A stretch of 32,000 nucleotides of DNA from Bacillus subtilis subsp. subtilis str. 168 (GCF_000009045.1 NC_000964.3:600001-632000); one strand, 5' to 3'. Shown: positions 24,444 to 32,000, numbered from the stretch's first letter. Numbers and translations: made by a program. Notes: generated by a model from the sequence alone, not told the origin.

Positions 24444-24473
24444 TTTACATACCGTTCGGGGGTATAGTATTAT
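24444..24473 (+). promoter_or_regulatory. ydhK promoter (TTTACA - 18 nt - TATTAT) whose spacer contains a CsoR-type GC-rich inverted repeat ATACC-gttcg-GGGGTAT
   Basis: The dyad at 24449-24465 lies between the -35 (24444-24449) and -10 (24468-24473). GGGTAT could alternatively serve as a sigmaB-type -10. Confidence 0.5.
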
Positions 24474-24542
24474 CGAGAGGGCATGTTTTCATTGTCTGCG
24501 GGCAAAAGTTACAGGAAAAAAATGAAGCAAAGGAGAATGAAC

Positions 24543-25109
24543 ATGAAAATCTCTAAATATGCACTGGGAATTCTGATGTTATCTCTAGTTTTTGTTTTAT
24601 CAGCATGCGGCAATAACAACAGTACGAAAGAAAGCACACATGACAATCATTCAGACTCCTCAACACATGAAGAGATGGACCATTCCGGATCAGCTGACGT
24701 TCCAGAGGGATTACAGGAATCTAAAAATCCGAAATACAAAGTAGGCAGCCAAGTAATCATCAATACTTCTCATATGAAAGGCATGAAAGGTGCTGAAGCT
24801 ACGGTAACAGGCGCCTATGATACAACGGCGTATGTTGTTTCTTATACTCCGACTAATGGGGGACAGCGTGTGGATCATCACAAATGGGTGATCCAAGAAG
24901 AAATCAAAGATGCCGGAGATAAAACGTTACAACCCGGAGATCAGGTGATTTTAGAGGCTTCTCATATGAAAGGCATGAAAGGAGCAACAGCCGAGATCGA
25001 TTCCGCGGAAAAAACAACTGTATACATGGTTGACTACACATCGACAACGAGCGGCGAAAAAGTGAAAAACCACAAATGGGTCACAGAAGATGAGCTTTCA
25101 GCTAAATAA
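24543..25109 (+). CDS. ydhK: Surface lipoprotein with two DUF1541 domains (CopL-type Cu(I)-binding lipoprotein), 188 aa. ATG at 24543; the track ORF begins at 24483.
   Basis: AAGGAG SD lies 7 nt before the ATG at 24543. Lipobox LSACG, a His-rich linker, and a duplicated SHMKGMKGA...HKWV module. Confidence 0.85.
   Translation: MKISKYALGILMLSLVFVLSACGNNNSTKESTHDNHSDSSTHEEMDHSGSADVPEGLQESKNPKYKVGSQVIINTSHMKGMKGAEATVTGAYDTTAYVVSYTPTNGGQRVDHHKWVIQEEIKDAGDKTLQPGDQVILEASHMKGMKGATAEIDSAEKTTVYMVDYTSTTSGEKVKNHKWVTEDELSAK
24732..25097 (+). repeat. Intragenic tandem domain duplication in ydhK (two units of about 58 aa, period 64 codons)
   Basis: An exact 23-nt DNA repeat tctcatatgaaaggcatgaaagg occurs at 24768-24790 and 24960-24982, exactly 192 nt apart. 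The protein units align along their whole length. Confidence 0.9.
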
Positions 25110-25110
25110 T

Positions 25111-25143
25111 AAAAAATCCTCCTTTTACAAGGAGGATTTTTTT
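25111..25143. terminator. Bidirectional terminator shared by ydhK (+) and pbuE (-). The pbuE stop codon lies in the loop.
   Basis: AAAA-AATCCTCCTT-ttac-AAGGAGGATT-TTTTT. The last pbuE codons (KKSSL*) are encoded by one arm. Confidence 0.85.
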
Positions 25144-26291
25144 GCTGTTTGAACAGGTCTTGTTAAAGAAATGAAAGCAAACAGGACAGCGATGATCACA
25201 ATCGATCCGCCGCACCATGCCGTTGACACCACAGTACCCGTCTGATCCAAAACAACACCGCCAATGGCTGAGCCAAGGGCAATTCCGACTTGGAGGGCCG
25301 ATGTGTTAAAGCTTTGCTGAATGTCAGACGAATCAGGTGCAATTTCAATTAAATAGCTTTGCTGAGCCGGGGCGAGGCTCCAGCTCAGAAGACCCCAAAT
25401 CACCATGACAGGCAAAAAGAAAATCATAGACGATGTAGACAGCGGCAGTAAGAACATAATGATGGCAAAGGAACCGGTCACCAGCAAAATGCTCTTAAAG
25501 GAACCAAGCCGGTCAGATAGCGCTCCTCCGAAAGGGCCTCCGCATACAGCAGATATCCCGAAAAGGAAATAACAAATGCTGACCCAGAAAGAGCTCAGGT
25601 GAAGAGTCTCTTCTAAAAACGGCGCAAAGTAAGCGTAAAGCGTGTAGTGGCCAGCTAATGTAAACATCGTGACGAGGTGTGAACTCGCGATTTTCAGATT
25701 ACCGATCGTCTTGAGTTGTTCCCGGAAAGGAATCATTTTCTCCGCCGGTATTCTTTCAAAGAAGATTGAAATAATCAGCATGGAGATCAGTGCCAACAGG
25801 CCGATGCCAAGGAACAAAATCCGCCACCCGAAGGAATCGCTGATTAAGATTCCGAGCGGCACGCCTAATGCGATAGCAGAGCTGAATCCCATAAAAATAA
25901 TTCCGATTGCGCGGGCTCTGTATTCAGGCGCTACAATTTTCGGGGCAATTGTTAAAGAAAGCACAACAATCAGCCCTGTACTCATTGCTGCCAATACCCT
26001 AGATACCATCAGTGTTGCGAAATTAGGGCTGAAATAGGCGACAAGATTGCTAAGGAAGAAAACAAATAAAGCAATTAGATATAAGCGCTTCCGCTCAATC
26101 TTCGCAGTCAATGCCAAAAGCAGCGGCCCAGATACTGCATATCCCAGCGCAAACACACTGATCAGCTGTCCGGCTGAAACAATGGAAATGTCTAAATCAT
26201 TTGCGATCTGAGGAAGAATTCCCCCCACAATTAACTCAACCAATCCGACTGCAATCGTAGAAGCTGCAAGCAGGAAAACTTTGAAATTCAT
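25125..26291 (-). CDS. pbuE: MFS purine-base/nucleoside efflux pump PbuE (YdhL), 388 aa
   Basis: Twelve TM helices. AAAGGAG SD. Preceded by the adenine riboswitch. Confidence 0.95.
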   Translation of the reverse strand: MNFKVFLLAASTIAVGLVELIVGGILPQIANDLDISIVSAGQLISVFALGYAVSGPLLLALTAKIERKRLYLIALFVFFLSNLVAYFSPNFATLMVSRVLAAMSTGLIVVLSLTIAPKIVAPEYRARAIGIIFMGFSSAIALGVPLGILISDSFGWRILFLGIGLLALISMLIISIFFERIPAEKMIPFREQLKTIGNLKIASSHLVTMFTLAGHYTLYAYFAPFLEETLHLSSFWVSICYFLFGISAVCGGPFGGALSDRLGSFKSILLVTGSFAIIMFLLPLSTSSMIFFLPVMVIWGLLSWSLAPAQQSYLIEIAPDSSDIQQSFNTSALQVGIALGSAIGGVVLDQTGTVVSTAWCGGSIVIIAVLFAFISLTRPVQTAKKSSL

Positions 26292-26324
26292 AACAAACTC
26301 CTTTACTTAAATGTTTTGATAAAT

Positions 26325-26429
26325 AAAAAAAATCCTGATTACAAAAAATGTCATAAACAAATTTTGTAATCAGGATTTTACGGTTCCTGGTAGACACCCT
26401 CAAACCATATTATTGAGGTTATACAAGTG
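26325..26429 (-). promoter_or_regulatory. pbuE (ydhL) adenine riboswitch: purine aptamer (approx. 26364-26429) plus terminator expression platform (26325-26377). A transcriptional ON switch.
   Basis: The minus strand reads CACUUGUAUAACCUCAAUAAUAUGGUUUGAGGGUGUCUACCAGGAACCGUAAAAUCCUGAUUACAAAAUUUGUUUAUGACAUUUUUUGUAAUCAGGAUUUUUUUU. This has the purine-riboswitch three-way-junction architecture and conserved loops. The 3' side of P1/P3 is shared with the terminator stem. Confidence 0.95.
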
Positions 26430-26552
26430 ATAATAGCTATTTAATTGATTCGTTTCCGTTGATGAGTGTACCACATTATGAATGAATCTTCCATAGAAAA
26501 ATTTATAAAACGGTGAACCGGAAAAAAATATGATTATATTTATTTTATAAAA

Positions 26553-26603
26553 GTATAGACATTTAAAATTAAATGACTATAATAATCAATGTAAGCGTTT
26601 TAA
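26553..26603 (+). promoter_or_regulatory. gmu operon promoter (TAGACA 26556-61, 16 nt, TATAAT 26578-83), embedded 28-bp palindrome (candidate GmuR operator) and a downstream cre (CcpA) site
   Basis: TATAGACATTTAA-aa-TTAAATGACTATA (26554-26581) has 13-bp arms with 1 mismatch. GTATAGAC (26553-60) fits the HutC-type GTnTAnAC core. cre TGTAAGCGTTTTAA (26590-26603) matches TGWAANCGNTNWCA at 13 of 14 positions. Confidence 0.65.
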
Positions 26604-26621
26604 TAACAGGGGGGATAGCAG

Positions 26622-26933
26622 TTGAAAAAAATATTACTCGCGTGCAGTTCAGGAATGTCTACCAGTTTATTGGTGACAAAAATGAAGGAATACGCACAGT
26701 CTATCGGTGAGGAAGCGGAGATTTGGGCTGTTGGCCAGGATAAAGCAAAAGAAGACATGAGAAAAGCGGATGCCGTTTTGATCGGTCCGCAAATGAGCTT
26801 TCTGAAAAGCGAGCTCCAAAAAGAAGCAGATCAATACAACATTCAAGTTGAAGTCATTGACATGATGGCCTACGGAATGGCAGATGGGAAAAAAGCGTAT
26901 GAGCAGGCATTGTCCTTAATGGTGAATCAATAA
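26622..26933 (+). CDS. gmuB: PTS oligo-beta-mannoside (lactose/cellobiose family) EIIB component, 103 aa, TTG start
   Basis: Active-site Cys motif KILLACSSGMSTS. GGGGGA SD. Confidence 0.95.
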   Translation: MKKILLACSSGMSTSLLVTKMKEYAQSIGEEAEIWAVGQDKAKEDMRKADAVLIGPQMSFLKSELQKEADQYNIQVEVIDMMAYGMADGKKAYEQALSLMVNQ

Positions 26934-27265
26934 TGGAACAGATGAAAATCACGAATTTAACAGACGAGCAAATCAGTTTTCAGCTAATCCTGCACAGCGG
27001 AAATGCCCGCAGCTGCATCATACAATCACTGCGCGCCTATAAAGAAGGGAAAAAGGACGAGGCTGATGCCCTCATTGCCAAGGCGGAGCAGGATTTATCC
27101 GCGGCCCATGACATTCACTTTCAAATGATACAGAAGGAATCCGGCGGAGAAGCAACAGCTTTTTCATTGCTGCTTATGCATGCAGAGGATCATCTGATGT
27201 CAACATTATCCATGAAAGAATTAGTGAAAGAGATGCTTGATCTCTTTAAAACCAAGAATATATAA
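26933..27265 (+). CDS. gmuA: PTS oligo-beta-mannoside EIIA component, 110 aa
   Basis: Lac/cellobiose-type EIIA helical bundle (active His in AEDHLM). TAATG overlap with gmuB. Confidence 0.95.
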   Translation: MEQMKITNLTDEQISFQLILHSGNARSCIIQSLRAYKEGKKDEADALIAKAEQDLSAAHDIHFQMIQKESGGEATAFSLLLMHAEDHLMSTLSMKELVKEMLDLFKTKNI

Positions 27266-27283
27266 AAAATCGGGGTGGATAGG

Positions 27284-28612
27284 GTGTTCGAGAAAATCAG
27301 CCAATTCCTTGTTCCAATTGCAGGGAGGTTAAACAATAACCGCTATTTGCAAGTGTTGCGTGATGCATTTATGCTGGCTTTCCCGCTGACGATATTCGGG
27401 TCCATTTTTGTCGTGTTAACGAATTTGCCGTTTCTAAACAAAATCATGAACGCCTCAATGCTTACGTCGTTTCAGTCTCATTTCGGCATTGCCTCCACGG
27501 CGACAATGGGCATTATGTCTGTCTTTGTTGTGTTCGGGATAGGCTATTACCTGTCGAAAAGCTATCAGGTCGAAGCTGTATTTGGCGGAGCGATCGCTTT
27601 GGTTTCCTTTTTGCTCTTAACGCCATTTATCATTCAGCCGGAAACAGGTGATGCCATTACAGGGGTTATCCCGGTCGATCGTCTCGGTGCAAAAGGGATG
27701 TTTCTTGGGATGATTACGGCATTTCTTTCTGGCGAAATTTACAGAAGAATCGTTCAAAAAAACCTGACAATCAAAATGCCAGCCGGCGTTCCGCCTGCTG
27801 TAGCAAAATCATTCGCCGCACTTATTCCGGCTTTTATCACATTGACTGTATTTTTGCTGATTAACGTAATGGTGACTCTGTTTTTTAAAACAAATATGCA
27901 CGACGTCATTTATCATGCGATTCAGGCTCCGCTTGTCGGACTTGGAAGCGGTATCATTCCAACACTGATTGCCGTGTTTTTCATTCAAATTCTTTGGTTT
28001 TTCGGACTGCATGGACAGATCATTATCAACTCCGTGATGGACCCGATTTGGAATACACTGCAGGTAGAAAACCTTTCTGCTTACACGGCGGGAAAAGAAA
28101 TCCCTCATATTATTTCAAAACCGTTTATGGAGATTTATACAGTAGGGATGGGCGGAACAGGGATGACGCTTGCGATTGTGTTTACCATTCTCATATTCAT
28201 GAAAAGCAGGCAGATGAAGCAAGTATCAAAACTTGGCCTCGCTCCCGGTATTTTTAACGTAAACGAACCGATTATCTTTGGGCTTCCGATTGTCATGAAT
28301 CCGATCATTATTGTGCCTTGGGTGCTGGCACCGATGGTTGTTACGCTCGTCACCTATCTGGCTATGTCAGCCGGGCTCGTTCCGCCTCCAACTGGTGTGA
28401 CAGTGCCGTGGACGGTTCCATTATTCATTAATGGCATCATGGCGACGAACTCAATCATGGGGGGCGTGATGCAGCTTATCAATCTGCTGATTGTCTTCGT
28501 GATCTGGTTTCCGTTCCTAAAAGCAATGGATAAATTAAATCTGGCAAAAGAAAAAGAACAGGCTGTGCAGGAGACAGCTGCTCAGCAAAATGATAACAGC
28601 ATAAAAATGTGA
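27284..28612 (+). CDS. gmuC: PTS oligo-beta-mannoside EIIC permease, 442 aa from GTG 27284 (alternative GTG at 27275 gives 445 aa)
   Basis: About ten TM helices, CelB/LicC-like EIIC. GGGGTGGA lies just upstream. The choice of start is uncertain by 3 codons. Confidence 0.9.
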   Translation: MFEKISQFLVPIAGRLNNNRYLQVLRDAFMLAFPLTIFGSIFVVLTNLPFLNKIMNASMLTSFQSHFGIASTATMGIMSVFVVFGIGYYLSKSYQVEAVFGGAIALVSFLLLTPFIIQPETGDAITGVIPVDRLGAKGMFLGMITAFLSGEIYRRIVQKNLTIKMPAGVPPAVAKSFAALIPAFITLTVFLLINVMVTLFFKTNMHDVIYHAIQAPLVGLGSGIIPTLIAVFFIQILWFFGLHGQIIINSVMDPIWNTLQVENLSAYTAGKEIPHIISKPFMEIYTVGMGGTGMTLAIVFTILIFMKSRQMKQVSKLGLAPGIFNVNEPIIFGLPIVMNPIIIVPWVLAPMVVTLVTYLAMSAGLVPPPTGVTVPWTVPLFINGIMATNSIMGGVMQLINLLIVFVIWFPFLKAMDKLNLAKEKEQAVQETAAQQNDNSIKM

Positions 28613-28629
28613 CATAAGGGGAGAGAGAC

Positions 28630-30027
28630 TTGGCACATACAGAACAATATCGTTTTCCAAAGGATTTTTGGTGGGGATCATCCGCTTCAGCAACACAAAT
28701 GGAGGGTGCCGCCGACAGAGACGGAAAAGGCCAGAATATATGGGATTATTGGTTTGAAAAAGAACCGCATCGTTTTTTTGATCATGTCGGACCCGCAGAC
28801 ACATCCCAATTTTACGACAACTATAAAGAAGATATCAGGCTGATGAAGGAACTTGGCCACAACTCGTTCCGGATGTCGATTTCCTGGTCACGTTTAATAC
28901 CAAACGGAACGGGCGAGATCAACGATAAAGCCGCAGATTTCTATAACAATGTCATTGATGAGCTGATCGCTAACGGAATTGAACCTTTTGTCAATTTGTT
29001 TCATTTCGATATGCCGATGGCGCTTCAAAAAATCGGCGGCTGGGTCAACAGAGAGACGGTTGACGCGTATGAAAACTATGCAAGAACTTGCTTCCGTTTG
29101 TTTGGCGGCCGGGTGAAAAAATGGTTCACGCATAATGAACCAATCGTTCCCGTAGAAGGCGGATACCTATATGATTTTCATTATCCAAACAAGGTCGATT
29201 TTAAAGAGGCCGTCCAGGTTGGATTTCATACGATGCTATCAAGTGCCCGCGCCATTCAGGCTTACAGGGAGATGAAGCAGGACGGAAAAATCGGCATCAT
29301 CTTAAATTTGACCCCTTCATACCCGAGAAGCAGCCATCCGGCGGATGTGAAAGCCGGGGAAATCGCAGACGCGTTTTTTAACAGATCTTTTTTAGACCCA
29401 TCTGTCAAAGGCGAATTTCCCAAAGAGCTGGTTGACATTTTGAAGCATGAAGGCTTTATGCCTGATTACAACGCTGAAGATCTCGACATCATCAAAAAGA
29501 ACACGGTTGACCTGTTGGGAGTGAATTATTACCAGCCGAGACGTGTGAAAGCGAAAGAACATCTTCCGAATCCCGACGCTCCTTTTTTGCCGGACAGGTA
29601 TTTTGATCCCTACGTCATGCCGGGCCGCAAAATGAATCCGCATCGCGGCTGGGAGATCTATGAAAAAGGCGTTTATGATATTTTGATCAATTTAAAAGAA
29701 AACTACGGCAACATCGAGTGTTTTATCTCTGAAAACGGTATGGGGGTTGAAGGTGAAGAGCGATTCAGGGATGAACAAGGCATCATTCAGGATGATTACC
29801 GGATTGAATTTATAAAAGAGCACCTCAAATGGATTCACCGCGCCATACAGGAAGGCTCGAACGTAAAAGGCTATCACTTATGGACGTTCATGGACAACTG
29901 GTCTTGGACAAATGCCTATAAAAACCGATACGGATTTGTATCAGTCAATCTTGAGAAAGACGGAGAAAGAACCGTCAAAAAGAGCGGAAAATGGTTCAAA
30001 GAGGTTGCTGAGCATAGCGGTTTCTAG
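28630..30027 (+). CDS. gmuD: GH1 6-phospho-beta-glycosidase (mannoside-phospho-beta-glucosidase), 465 aa, TTG start
   Basis: Acid/base motif WFTHNEP and nucleophile motif ISENGMG. AAGGGGAG SD. Confidence 0.95.
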   Translation: MAHTEQYRFPKDFWWGSSASATQMEGAADRDGKGQNIWDYWFEKEPHRFFDHVGPADTSQFYDNYKEDIRLMKELGHNSFRMSISWSRLIPNGTGEINDKAADFYNNVIDELIANGIEPFVNLFHFDMPMALQKIGGWVNRETVDAYENYARTCFRLFGGRVKKWFTHNEPIVPVEGGYLYDFHYPNKVDFKEAVQVGFHTMLSSARAIQAYREMKQDGKIGIILNLTPSYPRSSHPADVKAGEIADAFFNRSFLDPSVKGEFPKELVDILKHEGFMPDYNAEDLDIIKKNTVDLLGVNYYQPRRVKAKEHLPNPDAPFLPDRYFDPYVMPGRKMNPHRGWEIYEKGVYDILINLKENYGNIECFISENGMGVEGEERFRDEQGIIQDDYRIEFIKEHLKWIHRAIQEGSNVKGYHLWTFMDNWSWTNAYKNRYGFVSVNLEKDGERTVKKSGKWFKEVAEHSGF

Positions 30028-30094
30028 ATTTTCCTAAAGGTCAAGATCTTCCGGCAATCATCATAACGAATAGAGATGACGAAAATCCGCAACA

Positions 30095-30123
30095 TTGATG
30101 AAATAGGGAAAAGAACTTATGAT
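30095..30123 (+). promoter_or_regulatory. Candidate internal sigmaA promoter upstream of gmuR (TTGATG - 17 nt - TATGAT)
   Basis: Hexamers at 30095-30100 and 30118-30123. The ATG of the long ORF (30119) lies inside the -10. Confidence 0.4.
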
Positions 30124-30169
30124 ATCCGTAAAAGCTTATGTGATATCAAACAGCTGCCGGAGGATACCA

Positions 30170-30883
30170 ATGAATAAATACGAAATCATTGCAAATGAAA
30201 TGAGAAATAGAATTAAAAATAACGTATATCCGATCGATCAGCCCATTCCTGATGAAGTATCTCTTGCAAAAGAATTTAACTCAAGCCGCATGACGATGAA
30301 GAGAGCCTTGGATAATTTAGTTGCCGAGGGTCTGCTGTTTAGAAAACGAGGCCATGGCACGTTTATTATTCAATCTGCAATACAGGATGACCATGTCCAT
30401 GTAGTCAGCAATGAGATTCTCGGATTGACCAACTTGCTGAAAGATAAAAAAATCAAAAGCAAGGTCATTCAGTTTGAAGTGCAATTTCCCACTGAGGAAG
30501 TGGCCGCCCATTTGTCTATTGATCAGAAAACACCGGTTTATTATGTCGTTCGGCTGCGAATTGTAGAAGGTGAACCCTATGTATTAGAAAAAACATATAT
30601 GCCGACTCATTTAATACCGGGCATTAATGACGATGTCCTTCATGATTCGATCTACAATCATATTACAAATGTGCTGCAGCTCAAAATCGCCGGAACGCAT
30701 CGGAAAATCAGAGCCTGCAAATCTGATCATATTGACCAGCAGCATCTGGGCTGTAAACAGGATGATCCAATTCTTGAAGTGGAACATGTGGGCTTCTTAG
30801 ATACCGGGATTCCATTTGAATATTCCTTTTCACGTCATCGGCATGACAAGTTTGTTGTGACTTCTGTAAACATACGGCGCTGA
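30170..30883 (+). CDS. gmuR: GntR/HutC-family repressor of the glucomannan utilisation operon, 237 aa. ATG at 30170; the track ORF begins at 30119.
   Basis: GGAGGA SD lies 6 nt before the ATG at 30170. wHTH SLAKEFNSSRMTMKRALDNLVAEGLL plus a UTRA effector domain. Confidence 0.9.
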   Translation: MNKYEIIANEMRNRIKNNVYPIDQPIPDEVSLAKEFNSSRMTMKRALDNLVAEGLLFRKRGHGTFIIQSAIQDDHVHVVSNEILGLTNLLKDKKIKSKVIQFEVQFPTEEVAAHLSIDQKTPVYYVVRLRIVEGEPYVLEKTYMPTHLIPGINDDVLHDSIYNHITNVLQLKIAGTHRKIRACKSDHIDQQHLGCKQDDPILEVEHVGFLDTGIPFEYSFSRHRHDKFVVTSVNIRR

Positions 30884-30911
30884 TTGCGGAGACAACAAGG
30901 AGGCCATCTGC

Positions 30912-31811
30912 ATGCTTGGCGGTATTGAAGCAGGCGGCACAAAGTTTGTTTGTGCTGTCGGTAGAGAAGATGGAACGATCATTGACAGGATAGAATTCCC
31001 CACAAAGATGCCGGATGAAACGATAGAGAAAGTAATTCAATATTTTAGCCAATTTTCATTACAGGCAATCGGCATCGGCTCCTTTGGTCCCGTTGATAAC
31101 GATAAAACCAGTCAAACATACGGTACCATTACGGCCACGCCGAAAGCGGGCTGGAGACACTATCCCTTTTTGCAAACCGTTAAGAACGAAATGAAGATCC
31201 CAGTCGGATTTAGTACAGATGTCAACGCTGCGGCGCTGGGTGAATTCCTTTTCGGTGAAGCGAAGGGTCTTGACAGCTGCCTGTATATAACGATTGGCAC
31301 TGGCATCGGAGCGGGGGCTATTGTAGAGGGGAGGCTCCTTCAGGGGCTGTCACACCCAGAGATGGGCCATATTTATATCCGGAGGCACCCGGATGACGTA
31401 TACCAAGGGAAGTGCCCTTATCATGGAGATTGCTTTGAAGGCTTAGCTTCAGGCCCCGCTATCGAAGCCCGCTGGGGGAAAAAAGCCGCGGATTTATCAG
31501 ATATAGCACAAGTCTGGGAACTGGAAGGGTACTATATTGCCCAAGCACTGGCTCAGTATATTTTGATCCTTGCACCTAAAAAAATCATTCTTGGCGGCGG
31601 CGTCATGCAACAGAAACAAGTGTTTTCTTATATCTATCAATATGTACCAAAAATCATGAACAGCTACTTAGATTTTTCTGAATTATCAGATGATATAAGT
31701 GATTATATTGTACCTCCACGTTTAGGCAGTAACGCCGGAATCATCGGCACGCTAGTTTTAGCGCATCAGGCCTTACAAGCAGAGGCAGCATCCGGGGAGG
31801 TGCGATCATGA
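30912..31811 (+). CDS. gmuE: ROK-family fructokinase, 299 aa
   Basis: N-terminal GIEAGGTKF ATP motif and ROK zinc motif GHIYI...CPYHGDCFE. AAGGAGG SD. Confidence 0.95.
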   Translation: MLGGIEAGGTKFVCAVGREDGTIIDRIEFPTKMPDETIEKVIQYFSQFSLQAIGIGSFGPVDNDKTSQTYGTITATPKAGWRHYPFLQTVKNEMKIPVGFSTDVNAAALGEFLFGEAKGLDSCLYITIGTGIGAGAIVEGRLLQGLSHPEMGHIYIRRHPDDVYQGKCPYHGDCFEGLASGPAIEARWGKKAADLSDIAQVWELEGYYIAQALAQYILILAPKKIILGGGVMQQKQVFSYIYQYVPKIMNSYLDFSELSDDISDYIVPPRLGSNAGIIGTLVLAHQALQAEAASGEVRS

Positions 31812-32000
31812 CGCATCCATTATTTTTAGAGCCTGTCTTTAAAGAAAGACTATGGGGAGGGACGAAGCTTCGTGACGCTTTTGGCTACGCAATACCCTCA
31901 CAAAAAACAGGTGAGTGCTGGGCCGTTTCTGCACATGCCCATGGCTCGTCGTCTGTAAAAAATGGCCCGCTGGCAGGAAAGACACTTGATCAAGTATGGA
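31808..32000 (+). CDS. gmuF: Mannose-6-phosphate isomerase (type I PMI, cupin), 5' part only. The CDS runs off the window.
   Basis: MTHPLFLEPVFKERLWGGTKL...GECWAVSAH matches bacillary ManA/Pmi-type N termini. ATGA overlap with gmuE (31808-31811). Confidence 0.85.
   Translation, partial: MTHPLFLEPVFKERLWGGTKLRDAFGYAIPSQKTGECWAVSAHAHGSSSVKNGPLAGKTLDQVW

Noticed and set aside
24483-24542. Extension of ydhK to the ATG at 24483
   Set aside because: It starts about 10 nt after the predicted -10 and has no SD. The AAGGAG at 24530-24535 serves the ATG at 24543, which begins a canonical lipoprotein signal peptide.
27809-29877. Minus-strand and alternate-frame ORFs inside gmuC/gmuD (27809-28108, 27994-28257, 28135-28353, 28535-28804, 28894-29133, 29392-29643, 29692-29877)
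   Set aside because: They are shadow ORFs within strongly supported PTS EIIC and GH1 genes.
1-32000. Search for mobile elements, prophage genes, CRISPR repeats, tRNA/rRNA genes, toxin-antitoxin pairs or canonical defence-island signatures
   Set aside because: I found no integrase, transposase or recombinase ORF, no array of regularly spaced direct repeats, no tRNA-like cloverleaf region and no obvious compositional break. Gene content and order match conserved B. subtilis chromosome. A whole-window repeat or dot-plot analysis was not possible by eye and would be the formal check.

Overview
The window reads as an ordinary, non-mobile chromosomal segment of Bacillus subtilis (168-like). I recognise it from gene content and order, and from the pbuE (ydhL) adenine riboswitch sequence. 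Identity to the reference could not be checked here. Gene order: 3' end of an upstream gene (probably ydfQ), ydfR, ydfS, cotP, ydgA, ydgB, ydgC, ydgD, ydgE, vmlR, ydgF, dinB, ydgG, ydgH, ydgI, ydgJ, ydgK, ydhB, ydhC, ydhD, ydhE, ydhF, phoB, ydhG, ydhH, ydhI, ydhJ, ydhK (copL), pbuE, gmuB-A-C-D-R-E and the 5' end of gmuF.

Coding density is high. Nearly every transcription unit ends in a clear rho-independent hairpin, and several of these are shared by convergent genes. I found no rRNA, tRNA, CRISPR array, IS element, integrase, prophage remnant or pseudogene.

Four cis-regulatory elements are directly visible: (1) the pbuE adenine riboswitch; (2) the vmlR attenuation leader; (3) a LexA (Cheo) box at dinB; (4) a cre site plus a 28-bp palindrome at the gmu promoter. 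Palindromic operators also sit in front of four small regulator genes (ydgC, ydgG, ydgJ, gmuR), and a CsoR-type inverted repeat lies inside the ydhK promoter.

Several longest-ORF starts in the supplied track are very likely too long: ydfR, ydgB, dinB, ydgG, ydgJ, ydgK, ydhF, ydhG, ydhK, gmuC and gmuR. In each case the extension lacks a Shine-Dalgarno sequence or overlaps promoter elements.

I do not see convincing evidence for a wholly new multi-gene system. The best under-explored leads are:
- the ydgB-ydgA-cotP sporulation cassette (GerPF-like proteins);
- the MarR-controlled MMPL protein YdgH, which carries a long Gln/Gly-rich coiled-coil insert;
- the ydgJ-ydgI module (MarR regulator with an N-terminal Cys, plus a nitroreductase) and its mis-set start;
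- the copper-lipoprotein gene ydhK with its CsoR-like operator;
- the ydhI-ydhH / ydhJ divergon (GNAT acetyltransferase and membrane protein facing a SAMHD1-like HD hydrolase).
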